A stretch of 64,000 bases of DNA from Chitinophagales bacterium (GTDB taxonomy: Bacteria > Bacteroidota > Bacteroidia > Chitinophagales > UBA10324). Where the stretch lies: the NCBI GenBank assembly GCA_025056305.1, contig JANWWJ010000031.1, positions 66,861-130,860 of the forward strand, written 5' to 3'. Of this stretch, positions 48,104 to 58,459 are shown piece by piece; positions within the stretch are counted from its first letter, which is position 1, and every line of letters starts with the position of its first letter. The translations under genes were made by a program, and so were the position numbers. The notes below the pieces were generated by a model that was not told where the DNA came from, made no database searches, and was given only the letters and a program-made list of their open reading frames with translations.

Positions 48104-50347
48104 TTACTTGAATGAAACCTGATGCAGCCTGCACTCTTCGGCATAGCTGCTTCCCAGCACGTGGGTCTGCTCGGGCCAACTCGGCTCTGCCTGGCCGTAT
48201 TCCAGTTCTACGGCACCGTTGGTTTTGTGCAGGCGCAACAAACCTTCATCAGGTATGGAGGGAGCAATTACCAAACTGACAATCGACATAAGCTTGATCA
48301 GAATGTTCATACTCGGTCCGCTGGTGTCTTTGAACGGATCACCCACGGTATCGCCGGTGACTGAGGCTTTATGCGGCTCGCTGCCTTTGTAATAAACCTG
48401 CCCTTCGATTTCTATGCCTTTTTCGAATGATTTCTTTGCATTATCCCAGGCACCGCCGCTGTTGCTTTGGAACAGGCCCATGAGCACCCCTGACACGGTG
48501 GCTCCGGCCAGAAAACCGCCCAACACCTCGGGACCCAGCAAATAGCCGATAATGACCGGCGACAGCAGAGCAATTGAACCCGGAGCCATCATGCGACGGA
48601 TGGAAGCATTGGTCGAAATGGCAACACAACGATCGTATTGAGGCGTGGCTTTTCCTTCCATGATGCCCGGAATTTCCCGAAACTGGCGGCGTACTTCCTG
48701 AACCATACTCATGGCCGCCTGCCCCACGGCTGAAATGGCTAAAGATGAAAAGATGAAGGGGATCATGCCCCCGATGAACAGGCCGGCCAATACGTCTGCT
48801 TTGTAGATGTCGATGCGGTCGATACCTGCCAAACCCACGAAAGCCGCAAACAAGGCCAGGGCTGTCAAGGCAGCCGAAGCGATGGCAAACCCCTTACCGG
48901 TCGCCGCCGTAGTGTTGCCTACCGCATCGAGGATGTCGGTCTTTTGGCGCACCTCTTTAGGCAGCTCACTCATTTCGGCAATGCCACCGGCATTGTCGGC
49001 AATAGGTCCAAAAGCATCGATGGCCAATTGCATGGCAGTGGTGGCCATGAGCCCGGCAGCAGCAATGGCTACGCCGTATAAACCTGCCAGCTGGTACGAA
49101 CCGAAAATGCCGGCAGCCAGCACAATTACCGGCAACATGGTGCTTTCCATACCCACGGCCAGGCCACCGATGATGTTCGTTGCATGGCCAGTCAGCGACT
49201 TTCGCACTATGGAATTCACAGGCCTGCGGCCCATAGCTGTGTAGTATTCGGTGATCATACTCATCAACCCGCCTATTACCAGCCCCAACATGGTGGCAGC
49301 AAAAACGCCGTATTTGGTAAATGTTTCGCCACGAAGTGTCAATTGCTGGGGCAAAAGCCAGTCCACTAAAAACCATGTGGCCAATGCCGTCAGGATGATG
49401 GCTAACCAGTTACCGGTGTTGAGGGCGCGCTGGACGTCGGCGGCGGAGGCTTCGGCGCGGTCGCGGATGCGCACAAAAAATGTTCCGACGATTGAAAAGA
49501 CGATGCCGATGCCGGCAATCATCATAGGCAGTAAGATGGGTGCTAAACCGTTGAAATTGTCGTTAGAAACGACCTCCCGACCCAACACCATAGTAGCCAA
49601 CACGGTAGCCACGTAAGAACCAAAGAGGTCGGCGCCCATACCTGCCACATCCCCCACATTATCGCCTACGTTGTCGGCAATAGTAGCGGGGTTGCGTGGG
49701 TCGTCTTCGGGAATACCGGCCTCAACTTTTCCAACCAAATCGGCCCCTACATCGGCTGCTTTGGTATAGATGCCCCCACCTACGCGGGCAAACAAGGCTA
49801 TGCTTTCGGCCCCCAGTGAAAAGCCGGTTAACACTTCCAGAGCAATAACCAAACCTTTGGGCTCGCCGGGTTGAACATATAAGTGGTAAAAAACAATAAA
49901 CAGGGAACCGAGGCCCAACACAGCCAAGCCTGTGACGCCTAAGCCCATAACGGAACCTCCGTTGAAAGAAACGGCAAGAGCGCGGGCCAAACTGGTTCGG
50001 GCTGCATGTGCCGTACGCACATTAGCACGCGTGGCAATGCGCATACCCACAAAGCCGGCAAAGGCCGAAAACACTGCCCCTGTAATGAATGACAGGGCTA
50101 TGAGCCAATCCGATTCCGGATTGCTGTATCCGAGTAAAGCCAGCAAAAGGGCCGTGATGGCGACGAAGTAGGCCAGGATGCGCCATTCTGTTTTTAGGAA
50201 AGCCATTGCACCCTGAGCCACGTAACGGGCAATTTCTTGCATGCGTTCGGTGCCGGCTTCCTGACGGCTCACCCACCAGGCTCGGTACATCGTAAATAAC
50301 AATCCCACTCCACCCAACAAGGGCACTGCGTAAAACCATGAGCTCAT
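48104..50347 (-). CDS. hppA: Membrane-bound (K+-dependent-type) ion-translocating pyrophosphatase
   Basis: [28 protein letters not shown] and [16 protein letters not shown]. Ala, not Lys, in GNTTAA marks the K+-stimulated subfamily. Also [15 protein letters not shown]. Confidence 0.95.
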   Translation of the reverse strand: MSSWFYAVPLLGGVGLLFTMYRAWWVSRQEAGTERMQEIARYVAQGAMAFLKTEWRILAYFVAITALLLALLGYSNPESDWLIALSFITGAVFSAFAGFVGMRIATRANVRTAHAARTSLARALAVSFNGGSVMGLGVTGLAVLGLGSLFIVFYHLYVQPGEPKGLVIALEVLTGFSLGAESIALFARVGGGIYTKAADVGADLVGKVEAGIPEDDPRNPATIADNVGDNVGDVAGMGADLFGSYVATVLATMVLGREVVSNDNFNGLAPILLPMMIAGIGIVFSIVGTFFVRIRDRAEASAADVQRALNTGNWLAIILTALATWFLVDWLLPQQLTLRGETFTKYGVFAATMLGLVIGGLMSMITEYYTAMGRRPVNSIVRKSLTGHATNIIGGLAVGMESTMLPVIVLAAGIFGSYQLAGLYGVAIAAAGLMATTAMQLAIDAFGPIADNAGGIAEMSELPKEVRQKTDILDAVGNTTAATGKGFAIASAALTALALFAAFVGLAGIDRIDIYKADVLAGLFIGGMIPFIFSSLAISAVGQAAMSMVQEVRRQFREIPGIMEGKATPQYDRCVAISTNASIRRMMAPGSIALLSPVIIGYLLGPEVLGGFLAGATVSGVLMGLFQSNSGGAWDNAKKSFEKGIEIEGQVYYKGSEPHKASVTGDTVGDPFKDTSGPSMNILIKLMSIVSLVIAPSIPDEGLLRLHKTNGAVELEYGQAEPSWPEQTHVLGSSYAEECRLHQVSFK

Positions 50348-50410
50348 ATGCCGTTGATTAAGGGCGTCAAAAATAGATGGCAGGCGCTCTTTTAGGTAGG
50401 GTTTTATCGA

Positions 50411-51262
50411 TCAGTTTCCCCCAATGCGAAGCAGCCGCATGTGACCCGAAAAGTCGCGACGAAATTCATAGGGCAATTTTTGAAGCGTCAACCACTGATT
50501 CAGGGGCTCATACAGTCTGGGGTTGATTTCAAAAAACAGCACTGCCTTGTTTTCACTTGCAATGAAAAACTTTTCGGCAACATGTCGGTAAAAGATCAAA
50601 GGGTCAGGGGCAGGGGCAAACAATGCCACATGAGGTTCGTGTTTCATTACATGTTCATCCAGGGTGTGCTGCTCTGCGGCCAATACATAGGGTGGGTTGC
50701 AAACCACACAATCGAAAGAAATATGCGGGAAAGGACGTTCTGCTGATAGCAGGTCGTGTTGGGCAAAGGTGATGTCAAGGCCATGTGCGTTGGCATTGTG
50801 TCGGGCTATTTCTAAGGCTGCTTGGCTGATGTCAACGGCAAAAATGTGCAGGTGGGGTAACCGACGTTTTAAGGCCAGCGCAATGCAACCAGAGCCGGTG
50901 CCGGCATCAAGCACATGGGCAGCAGTCTTTGTGTGAAGTTCATCAGCAACCCAATGCACCAGCTCTTCTGTTTCGGGTCGAGGGATGAGCACGGCTGGCG
51001 AAACCCGCAGCTTCATGCCGTCGAAATGGGCATAGCCGATTACATACTGGACCGGTTCTCCCCTTTGCAGCCGGATGAGGGCCTTAACTGCGGCATCCGC
51101 TTGGTGAGGCAAGATGGGCCGATTGCCATGAATCGATGGGATGAATGGCTCGATCCCACTGACTGCCTCAACCACCAGCCTGCCGATGGCTGCAGCTTCG
51201 CCTTCGGCATAGAGGGATTGCAAATGTTTGCGTAGGCTATGATAAACCTCTGCAACAGTCAC
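50411..51262 (-). CDS. prmC: Release-factor glutamine N5-methyltransferase PrmC (HemK)
   Basis: EPVQYVIGYAHF, LIPRPETE, SAM motif VLDAGTGSGCIAL, and catalytic NPPY. Confidence 0.85.
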   Translation of the reverse strand: MTVAEVYHSLRKHLQSLYAEGEAAAIGRLVVEAVSGIEPFIPSIHGNRPILPHQADAAVKALIRLQRGEPVQYVIGYAHFDGMKLRVSPAVLIPRPETEELVHWVADELHTKTAAHVLDAGTGSGCIALALKRRLPHLHIFAVDISQAALEIARHNANAHGLDITFAQHDLLSAERPFPHISFDCVVCNPPYVLAAEQHTLDEHVMKHEPHVALFAPAPDPLIFYRHVAEKFFIASENKAVLFFEINPRLYEPLNQWLTLQKLPYEFRRDFSGHMRLLRIGGN

Positions 51263-51637
51263 AACAGGAAATTACGGGTGGATTTTTTACACACATATCC
51301 CAAGGCGCCGAATGGCATGTTGACGAAGTCAGAATCAAGATTTTCGGTTTATACATTTTTGAGGGATCAAGGCGCTTTTGCTATTTGTTTGTGGAAAAAT
51401 ATTTCTGTCTTGAGAGAAAATTCAAAAATTCAGAAGGCGCATAATTTGTGTAGGGATAGCCGACAGAATTTTATTTTGATCGGTGAATTGATCTCTGCAT
51501 CTTCATTACGTTGAGATCTAGCACGGAGAAGTTTCATTAGTGATTTCTTCATAAATCATTTGTCACGACATCAGGTTATTTTTTCCGAACCGTTGCGCAA
51601 AATGCTTTCAGCTTAAGCGCCAACCTACATTTGCTGC

Positions 51638-52657
51638 ATGCATGAGCTGTTTTTGCGCCGATGTCTGCAATTAGCCCTTCGGGCAGCCGGCCATACGGCT
51701 CCCAACCCTATGGTGGGGGCTGTTATCGTGTACGACGGACGGATCATAGCCGAAGGTTGGCATCGGCGTTACGGAGGGCTCCACGCCGAAGTTGAGGCTA
51801 TTGAGTCGGTAAGCCACCGAACTGTCTTGCCTCAGAGCACCCTTTACGTAAATCTGGAACCGTGCTGTCATTACGGTAAAACACCTCCTTGTACCGATCT
51901 GATTCTTCGCAGTGGAATACGCCACATTGTGACCGGCCCCGCCGACCCCTCGCCAGAAGTAGGCGGAAAAGGTTTTGAGCAGTTACGTCGGGCAGGCTGT
52001 ACGTTGTTGACCGATGTACTGGCTCAGGAATGCAAACAGCTCAATTGCCGCTTTTACACTTTTCATGAGAAAAAAAGACCTTATGTAGTGTTAAAGTGGG
52101 CTCAGTCGGCTGATGGTTTTATAGGCAAAATGGGTAAGCGCACGACTATAAGTGGCATGGTGGCTCAAATCATGGCCCATCGCTGGCGCAGTGAAGAAGC
52201 CGCCGTGATGGTCGGCACACAAACCGCGTTGGTGGACAACCCCCGACTGACGGTCCGCCTGTGGAAAGGTCATCAACCCTTACGCATTGTGGTGGACCGC
52301 CAAGGCCGACTGCCACATACTCTCAACCTTTTTGACGGCAGTGCCAGCACCTTGTTGATCACCGAAAACCCGATGGCGCGGCCGCCCCATGCTGAAGTGC
52401 TCCAAATGGCATTCGGCTGCTTGCTTCCCGACCTGATGAAAGAGCTTTGGCAGCGGCGCATCCTTTCACTGCTGGTTGAAGGTGGCGCACGTTTGCTACA
52501 ATCTTTCATCGACATGAACTTATGGGATGAAGCCCGTGTTCTCGTGAGTCCCGTCCGTTTAGGAAATGGAATAGCTGCACCGCGAATCTTGAATGCTGTG
52601 CATAGTGAGCATGCCCTGTATCCCGACAAATTATTGATCTATAAAAATCCGCTATGA
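51638..52657 (+). CDS. ribD: Bifunctional riboflavin biosynthesis protein RibD (deaminase/reductase)
   Basis: PNPMVGAVIV, HAEVEAI and the LEPCCHYGKTPPC zinc motif, plus a C-terminal reductase domain (VVLKWAQSADG, LLVEGGARL). Confidence 0.9.
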   Translation: MHELFLRRCLQLALRAAGHTAPNPMVGAVIVYDGRIIAEGWHRRYGGLHAEVEAIESVSHRTVLPQSTLYVNLEPCCHYGKTPPCTDLILRSGIRHIVTGPADPSPEVGGKGFEQLRRAGCTLLTDVLAQECKQLNCRFYTFHEKKRPYVVLKWAQSADGFIGKMGKRTTISGMVAQIMAHRWRSEEAAVMVGTQTALVDNPRLTVRLWKGHQPLRIVVDRQGRLPHTLNLFDGSASTLLITENPMARPPHAEVLQMAFGCLLPDLMKELWQRRILSLLVEGGARLLQSFIDMNLWDEARVLVSPVRLGNGIAAPRILNAVHSEHALYPDKLLIYKNPL

Positions 52658-53529
52658 TCGACCTGCTGCTGAGCATTATCCTGACTACTTATTTGGTCTT
52701 GTGCTTTCGTTATTATGAGCGTTTTCGCATTTCAAATTTTCATGCAATTGTTTTTAACTACTGGACCTGCGTAGCGACGGGTATGCTGGTAGCACCGCAG
52801 GGCCGGCCCGAAGAGGTGTGGCTTCATCAAGCATGGTTTCCTATAGCCGCTGTGTTGGGCCTGTTGTTTTTCGTCATATTCAATATTATGGGATATGTAG
52901 CGCGCCACATCAGCACCACCTTGACATCGTTGGCCAGCAAGCTGTCGTTGGTGATACCGGTAAGCATAGCCATGATCTTTTTCGGTGAAGGCATCAACGC
53001 ATTGAAGGCAATCAGCCTGCTGCTTGCCGTTATTGCTGTAGTGCTGTATTCGTGGGACACCGAAGCTGCCGGTTCCTTTTCCTGGACCCATGCCATCTTT
53101 CCGGCATTGGTAATCTTTTTGGGCTCTGGCGCAAACGACACGCTGGTCAACTACGCCGTACAACGCTGTCTTACCAGCGATGAGCTGCATGATTTTTCAA
53201 TCGCAGTTTTCCTGTCGGCATCTGTATGGGGGGCGGTTGCGCTCCTGGCCCATATGCTGTGGCGACGACGCCTACCCCCAGGCCGTTCGTTACTTGCCGG
53301 CTTGTTGCTCGGCGTTCCCAACTATTTTTCGCTCTACTTCCTCACCCGCGCACTGGGTGGGCCAATGTTGCCCAGCAGTTCGGTCATCATCATCAATAAT
53401 GTGGGCATCGTCGTATTGACGGCTTTGGCCGCAGCAATCTTGTTTCGGGAGCGGTTTGGTCGAATTAAGCAAATGGGGATGTTCGCAGCACTGATGGCTA
53501 TGGTTTTGCTTTATGTAGCCAAACAATAG
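52654..53529 (+). CDS. Polytopic membrane protein, possibly DMT/EamA-like
   Basis: 291 aa with about 10 hydrophobic helices. ATGA overlap with the ribD stop. The family assignment is tentative. Confidence 0.45.
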   Translation: MIDLLLSIILTTYLVLCFRYYERFRISNFHAIVFNYWTCVATGMLVAPQGRPEEVWLHQAWFPIAAVLGLLFFVIFNIMGYVARHISTTLTSLASKLSLVIPVSIAMIFFGEGINALKAISLLLAVIAVVLYSWDTEAAGSFSWTHAIFPALVIFLGSGANDTLVNYAVQRCLTSDELHDFSIAVFLSASVWGAVALLAHMLWRRRLPPGRSLLAGLLLGVPNYFSLYFLTRALGGPMLPSSSVIIINNVGIVVLTALAAAILFRERFGRIKQMGMFAALMAMVLLYVAKQ

Positions 53530-53705
53530 ATGTATTCTGGCCGCAAAGTTGTATTGTAAGGTTGTTTGTCATATAGATAAAAATTCTATAACATTCATTA
53601 CGGGCGCTAACAAAATTTGCTGCTTGTTCAAAAGTTCCTCCACAATTTGCTCAAGTGTTTTTGGCTGGTGTGGCATGTGCATTTTGGAGCATTGTTGTGG
53701 GGCAT

Positions 53706-53741
53706 AAAAAGGCGAGGCCGGCACAACGTGCCGGCCTCGCC
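53706..53741 (-). terminator. Intrinsic terminator after tRNA-Arg
   Basis: GGCGAGGCCGGCAC-AAC-GTGCCGGCCTCGCC, a 14-bp perfect stem followed on the minus strand by TTTTT. Confidence 0.75.
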
Positions 53742-53743
53742 TG

Positions 53744-53817
53744 TGATCCCGTCAGGATTCAAACCTGAAACCTTCTGATCCGTAGTCAGATGCTCTATTC
53801 AGTTGAGCTACGGGATC
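53744..53817 (-). tRNA. tRNA-Arg (anticodon ACG)
   Basis: Manual cloverleaf of the reverse complement: acceptor GAUCCCG/CGGGAUC, D arm GCUC-AACUGAAUA-GAGC, anticodon arm UCUGA-CUACGGA-UCAGA (anticodon ACG), variable AGGUU, T arm UCAGG-UUUGAAU-CCUGA, discriminator A. 74 nt, CCA not encoded. Confidence 0.9.
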
Positions 53818-53936
53818 ATCACAGCCCCGAACGGACTGCAGCACAAAATTACTGTACGCAAAAAAATGACCAAAAGCTGCCGTGAAGCCGTGCACGACCG
53901 TGCTTGGCGTACATCACTTCGTGAGGTATTTTAGCC

Positions 53937-54497
53937 ATGCAACACCGTATGCGACCTCCAGCCGGTAGCTTGCTCATCGCCGAACCGTTTATGGAAGATC
54001 CTAACTTCCGCGGTTCTGTTGTTTTGTTGTGTGAAAGCCGCGAGGATGGTGCTTTTGGGCTTATTCTCAACCGCCCGCTTGAGGAAAAAGTCTGCAATCT
54101 GATCGAAGATTTTCCGGCCATCGACAATAAAGTTTTCTACGGGGGGCCTGTACAGCCCAACACGCTGCATTTCTTGCATCAGCGAGGGGATTTGTTTACC
54201 GACAGCATTCAGATTGCCGAGGGCGTTTACTGGGGCGGCGACTTTCAGCGGCTCATCACCGCGTTGGATACCGGTCAGATGAGCGGTGATGAAGTCCGCT
54301 TTTATGTGGGTTACTCGGGTTGGGACGGCCAGCAAATCCTCGATGAACTTAAAGAGCAGGCCTGGTTTGTAAGTCGCGTGCAGGCAAGCTATGTTTTTGA
54401 AGAAGACCCCAAGCGGCTATGGCGCACCGTATTGCGCCACATGGGCTCCCGTTACAAGCTTATAGCTAACCTTCCCGACAATCCTCGTTTAAACTGA
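53937..54497 (+). CDS. YqgE/AlgH family protein (UPF0301)
   Basis: GSLLIAEPFMEDPNFRGSVVLLCESREDGAFGLILNRP and GGPV...YVGYSGW are the family hallmarks. Confidence 0.85.
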   Translation: MQHRMRPPAGSLLIAEPFMEDPNFRGSVVLLCESREDGAFGLILNRPLEEKVCNLIEDFPAIDNKVFYGGPVQPNTLHFLHQRGDLFTDSIQIAEGVYWGGDFQRLITALDTGQMSGDEVRFYVGYSGWDGQQILDELKEQAWFVSRVQASYVFEEDPKRLWRTVLRHMGSRYKLIANLPDNPRLN

Positions 54498-54504
54498 CCG
54501 CCGG

Positions 54505-54735
54505 TTAACCTTTACTGATCCAGCGCCATAGCCACGCCAATAAGGTGAGTACAGCACTGAGCAACAGCATGGTCGTGATGGGAAAGTAAAACGTGAAATT
54601 TTCCTTTTTGATTACGATATCGCCGGGTAGGCGGCCGAGCCAGCCGAACTTGTTACCCAGTAAATAGATAATGCCCCCGACCACTACCAACAACAGACCA
54701 GCCACGATAAGCCATTTCCCAAGAGTCTGGTGCAT
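54505..54735 (-). CDS. DUF2905 family small membrane protein
   Basis: 76 aa with GRLPGDIVIKKENFTFYFPITT flanked by two TM helices. Confidence 0.7.
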   Translation of the reverse strand: MHQTLGKWLIVAGLLLVVVGGIIYLLGNKFGWLGRLPGDIVIKKENFTFYFPITTMLLLSAVLTLLAWLWRWISKG

Positions 54736-55391
54736 GAGCGTTCAGTTGAAATTTAATTGCTACAGCGAAGTGCTTTAGGATTCAAAGCTGTATGAGCAAA
54801 AGTTTGACAAAGAAACGAGAAAACTTTACGTCAGCGCATCTCAAAAAAGTAAAGGCCTGATGGCAGGACATTAGGGTCTATCCGAGCCAAGGCTCCGTGC
54901 AGCCTGCTTGTAGGCAATGATAATATATATTAGTAAATGAATTAACAGCGTTGACCAGCGCCTGCGCGGCATCGGTAGCGGCGTAGTCCAAGGTGGATGC
55001 CAGCACGGTCAGGGCATGGCTTGTTTACACCCATTGAAAGCAAACGGAGGCACTCTTGCTTGAGTGGATATATGATCCGGTAATTTGAGGAAAAGTATAA
55101 TCAGAATTATTCCAGGCCGGAATGGTGAACACCAGCTTTTTTTAATCAAAGTGTTTCAAAATAACCCGACGTCTCTCTGCCTTGACTTGTGATGTTATGG
55201 AGCTAGATAGAGTTCGGTTTTCCCTTTGACTTAACAAACATGCAGCAGCATTGTGCCAGTATAAACATTAAATAATTCTCCTGAAAAGTATTGGTGTTTT
55301 TTGGAGAATTACTAACGGTTGTTTTACCCGTAAAATCCTTATCGTTCTGTTAAATACCACACTACCGAAGCGGAGGTAAGCAAAATTGTTT

Positions 55392-55724
55392 TCACTGTTC
55401 AGGGGCCGGAACCGGAGCATTTTCTGGTGCGGGCAGCACAGGTTCTCCTCCTAAATCCACTTGTTCAAGTTCGGAGCGTGGCCCCTCGTTTTCAGCTGGT
55501 TTGGGATGAAAGAAGTAGGTAGCGATGCTTAGTCCTGCAATGACGGCCATGAGCGTCCAAGAGGCTTTTTCCAGAAAATCGGTCGTTTGCTGAACGCCAA
55601 AAAACTGATTTGACAGGCCACCGAAGGTCTGACCCAGACCCCCACCCTTGGGGTTCTGAATCAACACCACAATCATCAGCAAAATGCAGGCAATGATGAT
55701 GAGGATGATGAGAAAGGTGTACAT
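55392..55724 (-). CDS. secG: Preprotein translocase subunit SecG
   Basis: MYTFLIILIIIACILLMIVVLIQNPKGGGLG, a second TM helix, and a Pro/Glu-rich tail. TAATG overlap with the upstream gene. Confidence 0.85.
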   Translation of the reverse strand: MYTFLIILIIIACILLMIVVLIQNPKGGGLGQTFGGLSNQFFGVQQTTDFLEKASWTLMAVIAGLSIATYFFHPKPAENEGPRSELEQVDLGGEPVLPAPENAPVPAPEQ

Positions 55725-56761
55725 TATCGCTTTTTCTGCTTGAGTTCGCGAATGCGGGCTGCAAAGAACGAAACTTTTTCAGGAAACTTCAAACTGAGCT
55801 TGACGTACTGGCGGATGGCTTGCTCCCATAAGCCCTGACTTTCGTAAATGGCCGCCAGCGTTTCGCTGACAATGTCATCACGCAATTGCGCACTTTGACG
55901 CGAAAGTTCCTCCACAGAAGGGATGGATTGCTGGCGCGGCGGCTGCTGTTGATAGGTAGCTACAAAATGATCAATGAGCAACAATTCCTGCTCATGTTGC
56001 CGAGCAAAACGTCGTTCGGCTTCTTCGTCGGCAGGGCCTGGTGTCTGAGGCGTTTGTGTCGGTTGGGTAGGTTGAGGTTGCGCGGCGAAAAGTTTCAACC
56101 ATTGCTGAAAAGGCATAACCTTATCGGGCAAAAATTGGCCGGGTGGTGGTGACTGTTCTGCTGCATAGGACTGCTCAGCCGATGCTTTACTTTCGTTTAT
56201 GTGTTCTTCCAGCAACAAAGCAGTGCGGGGCTCAACATCGTCGGAGTAGTCGTCCAGCACTGGTTCCTGCACTTGTTCTTCCAGCGTTATCGGCAGGTAT
56301 TCGGCGCCTCCGCCAGCCGTCTCATTAACCAACAACATTTCTTCTTGTCGCTCGTAAGAAGCTTCCTCGGCAAACTCTTCTTCAAGAAGCATAATTGCCT
56401 GTTGTTCGGCAATATCTTCGACCGGATCGGTGTTCATTGGTGTTTCCTCTACGTGCACCTGAGGCGTGATTCCCCCTTCGGGCAATGCCGAAGCCGTAAC
56501 AAGAACCTCTGTCCAATAAGAGGCGCCAGTATTTTCCAAAAATTTTTCCATAAAATCTTTTAAACATCCACGGTCGGCAGCCATCAAAGAGGCATGAGCG
56601 AGCTGGCGCTCGTAGCTCTCGGAGCCTTTAAGCCTTGCAGCCAACAAGGTTTGCGCTAAAAAACATGCCGGCAGCTGCCGGGCCCAGGCTTCCAACTGTG
56701 GCAAGGGAATGGTGTGCAGCAAGCGTGGATCCTCAAGTAAGCGCAGAAGGTCAACATTCAT
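55724..56761 (-). CDS. Hypothetical protein (acidic, Q/P-rich middle, TPR-like C-terminal helix pair)
   Basis: 345-aa in-operon ORF between the lptE-like gene and secG. No catalytic motif recognised. Confidence 0.55.
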   Translation of the reverse strand: MNVDLLRLLEDPRLLHTIPLPQLEAWARQLPACFLAQTLLAARLKGSESYERQLAHASLMAADRGCLKDFMEKFLENTGASYWTEVLVTASALPEGGITPQVHVEETPMNTDPVEDIAEQQAIMLLEEEFAEEASYERQEEMLLVNETAGGGAEYLPITLEEQVQEPVLDDYSDDVEPRTALLLEEHINESKASAEQSYAAEQSPPPGQFLPDKVMPFQQWLKLFAAQPQPTQPTQTPQTPGPADEEAERRFARQHEQELLLIDHFVATYQQQPPRQQSIPSVEELSRQSAQLRDDIVSETLAAIYESQGLWEQAIRQYVKLSLKFPEKVSFFAARIRELKQKKR

Positions 56762-56762
56762 G

Positions 56763-57284
56763 CTACCAATTTGCCAAGGCTTTGTTAAAGATATCCTCTA
56801 CCAGTTGGTCAACGATTTCTGTAATGAGCCGATCCTGAACGGCCGTCAAGTCGGCCGAGCTGCTATAGTCGGCATAACGGGTGAATGAGGCTGACCAGCT
56901 AAGGTTGTCGTCGGCCCGGTTGGTGAAATCCACCTGGACGGTGATAAGCAGTCGATTAACGGCTGCAATCTCATTGGCAGATGCGGCCTGCGGTTGAATC
57001 CGGTAGTCGGTAATTGCACCACTAAACTCCAAGTCGCCATTGGATGAAACCAAGGTGAGATTAGTCGTGGACTGAATTTTGTTTTTGAGTGCCTCAGTAA
57101 ACTGTTGACTCAGGGCAGGCACGACGATGGGGGCATGATTAGGGAAAAACTGCACGGTAGCAGTTTGGGCTGAGGGCGGCACCGAAGCGCCGGTGAAAGA
57201 ATAGATACCACAAGCGCAAAAGCCTGCGACCATATAGATCAAGGCAGCGGCAAGGGCCAAAGGGTTGCTGCAACAACAGCTCAC
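56763..57284 (-). CDS. Putative LptE-family lipoprotein
   Basis: 173 aa. The hydrophobic N-terminus ends in a Cys-containing lipobox-like GFCAC. I recall the context (sigma-54 activator upstream, secG downstream) as conserved in Bacteroidota. GTG start overlapping the upstream stop (GTGA). The assignment is by context only. Confidence 0.45.
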   Translation of the reverse strand: MSCCCSNPLALAAALIYMVAGFCACGIYSFTGASVPPSAQTATVQFFPNHAPIVVPALSQQFTEALKNKIQSTTNLTLVSSNGDLEFSGAITDYRIQPQAASANEIAAVNRLLITVQVDFTNRADDNLSWSASFTRYADYSSSADLTAVQDRLITEIVDQLVEDIFNKALANW

Positions 57285-58459
57285 TTGATGTCGTGCAGGT
57301 TGTATTCTTTAACTTTTCGATAAAGGGTACGGTCGGAAATGCCCAACTCACGTGCTGCATCTTTCCGCCGGCCTTTATGGCGACGCAAAGCCTTGATGAT
57401 GGCATCCCTTTCTATTTCCTGCAGCGAGCGGATTTCTTCCACCTCTATAGCCTTGGCGTGATGGTTGGCGGCCATCAGAGGCGGTTCGATGGTCCGATGA
57501 GCGGCCGTCGGTGTGGCGGCAGTGGGCTCTTCGGGCAAAACGCTAAAGTTGAAAACGATCTTTTTCAGTTCATTGATATCTTGTCTCATATCAAACAAAA
57601 CTTTATATAAGATTTCGCGCTCAGAGAGTTCATTTGCCGACGGCAATAAGGCGGGCAAGTGGGTTCCTGTGTCTTCTGGAAGAAAAGAGCGTAAAATGTC
57701 GGCGGTAACTACTTTTTGGGGAGATAAAAGAGAAACCTGCTCGGCCAGGTTTTTAAGCTCCCGTACATTGCCCGGGAACCGATAATTCATCAGCAGCTGT
57801 TGGGCTTCTTCATCCAGCGTTACCGGTGTGGTTCGGTATTTTTCGGCGAAGTCCAGGCAAAAACGCCGGAACAGCAGTGGGATGTCTTCTTTTCGTTCGC
57901 GCAAGGGGGGCACGCGGATGGGCACGGTGCTGAGTCGGTAATACAGGTCTTCGCGGAAGCGGCCCATTTTGACCTGCTCCAACAGGTTTACATTGGTGGC
58001 GGCGATAACCCGCACATCGGTCTTCTGCACTTTTGAAGAGCCGACGCGGATGAATTCTTGGGTTTCCAGAACACGCAGCAAGCGGGCCTGCGTGCCGTGC
58101 GGCAACTCTCCTACTTCATCCAAGAAAATGGTGCCGCCATTTACGGTTTCAAAATAACCTTTGCGCGCCTCGTGGGCACCGGTGAATGACCCTTTTTCGT
58201 GACCGAACAGTTCGCTGTCGATAGTGCCTTCGGGAATAGCTCCGCAGTTTACGGCAATAAACGGATTATGCTTGCGGGCCGAAAGCTGATGAATGACCTG
58301 TGAAAAAATTTCTTTGCCCACACCGCTTTCACCGATGATGAGGGTTGTGAGATCGGTGGGAGCTACCTGAACGGCAATGCTAAGGGCATGGTTCAGCGCT
58401 GGCGCATTGCCGATGATGTTGAAGCGGTTCTTTATGGTTTGCAGATCTGGAATAGCCAT
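57281..58459 (-). CDS. Sigma-54-dependent transcriptional activator (AAA+ plus Fis-type HTH, no receiver or sensor domain)
   Basis: Walker A GESGVGKE, DSELFGHEKGSFTGA (GAFTGA-type loop), Walker B IFLDEVGEL, RVIAATN, FREDLYYRL, and C-terminal HTH AARELGISDRTLYRKV. The AAA+ domain begins within about 15 aa of the N-terminus. Confidence 0.9.
   Translation of the reverse strand: MAIPDLQTIKNRFNIIGNAPALNHALSIAVQVAPTDLTTLIIGESGVGKEIFSQVIHQLSARKHNPFIAVNCGAIPEGTIDSELFGHEKGSFTGAHEARKGYFETVNGGTIFLDEVGELPHGTQARLLRVLETQEFIRVGSSKVQKTDVRVIAATNVNLLEQVKMGRFREDLYYRLSTVPIRVPPLRERKEDIPLLFRRFCLDFAEKYRTTPVTLDEEAQQLLMNYRFPGNVRELKNLAEQVSLLSPQKVVTADILRSFLPEDTGTHLPALLPSANELSEREILYKVLFDMRQDINELKKIVFNFSVLPEEPTAATPTAAHRTIEPPLMAANHHAKAIEVEEIRSLQEIERDAIIKALRRHKGRRKDAARELGISDRTLYRKVKEYNLHDIK

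Noticed and set aside
48807-49616. Several 120-145-aa ORFs on the plus strand within the pyrophosphatase gene, and similar antisense or alternative-frame ORFs inside gyrA, guaA, the nuo genes, the CotH gene and others
   Set aside because: These are shadow ORFs typical of moderately GC-rich coding DNA. Each is fully contained in a longer ORF with clear family motifs.
51263-51637. Possible FMN (RFN) riboswitch upstream of ribD
   Set aside because: The 375-bp leader contains AGCCGACAG and GGTGAATTGATC. However, it lacks the GGGCAGGGUG...CCCGACCGGCGGU core, and the fragments are in the wrong order relative to the RFN consensus. I treat it as an AT-rich divergent promoter region.
53530-53936. tRNA-Arg locus as an integration hotspot for a mobile element
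   Set aside because: About 200 bp of spacer lies on the terminator side of the tRNA and about 120 bp on the other, with no integrase, no repeat of the tRNA 3' end and no compositional shift. The only feature is an ordinary strong terminator hairpin.
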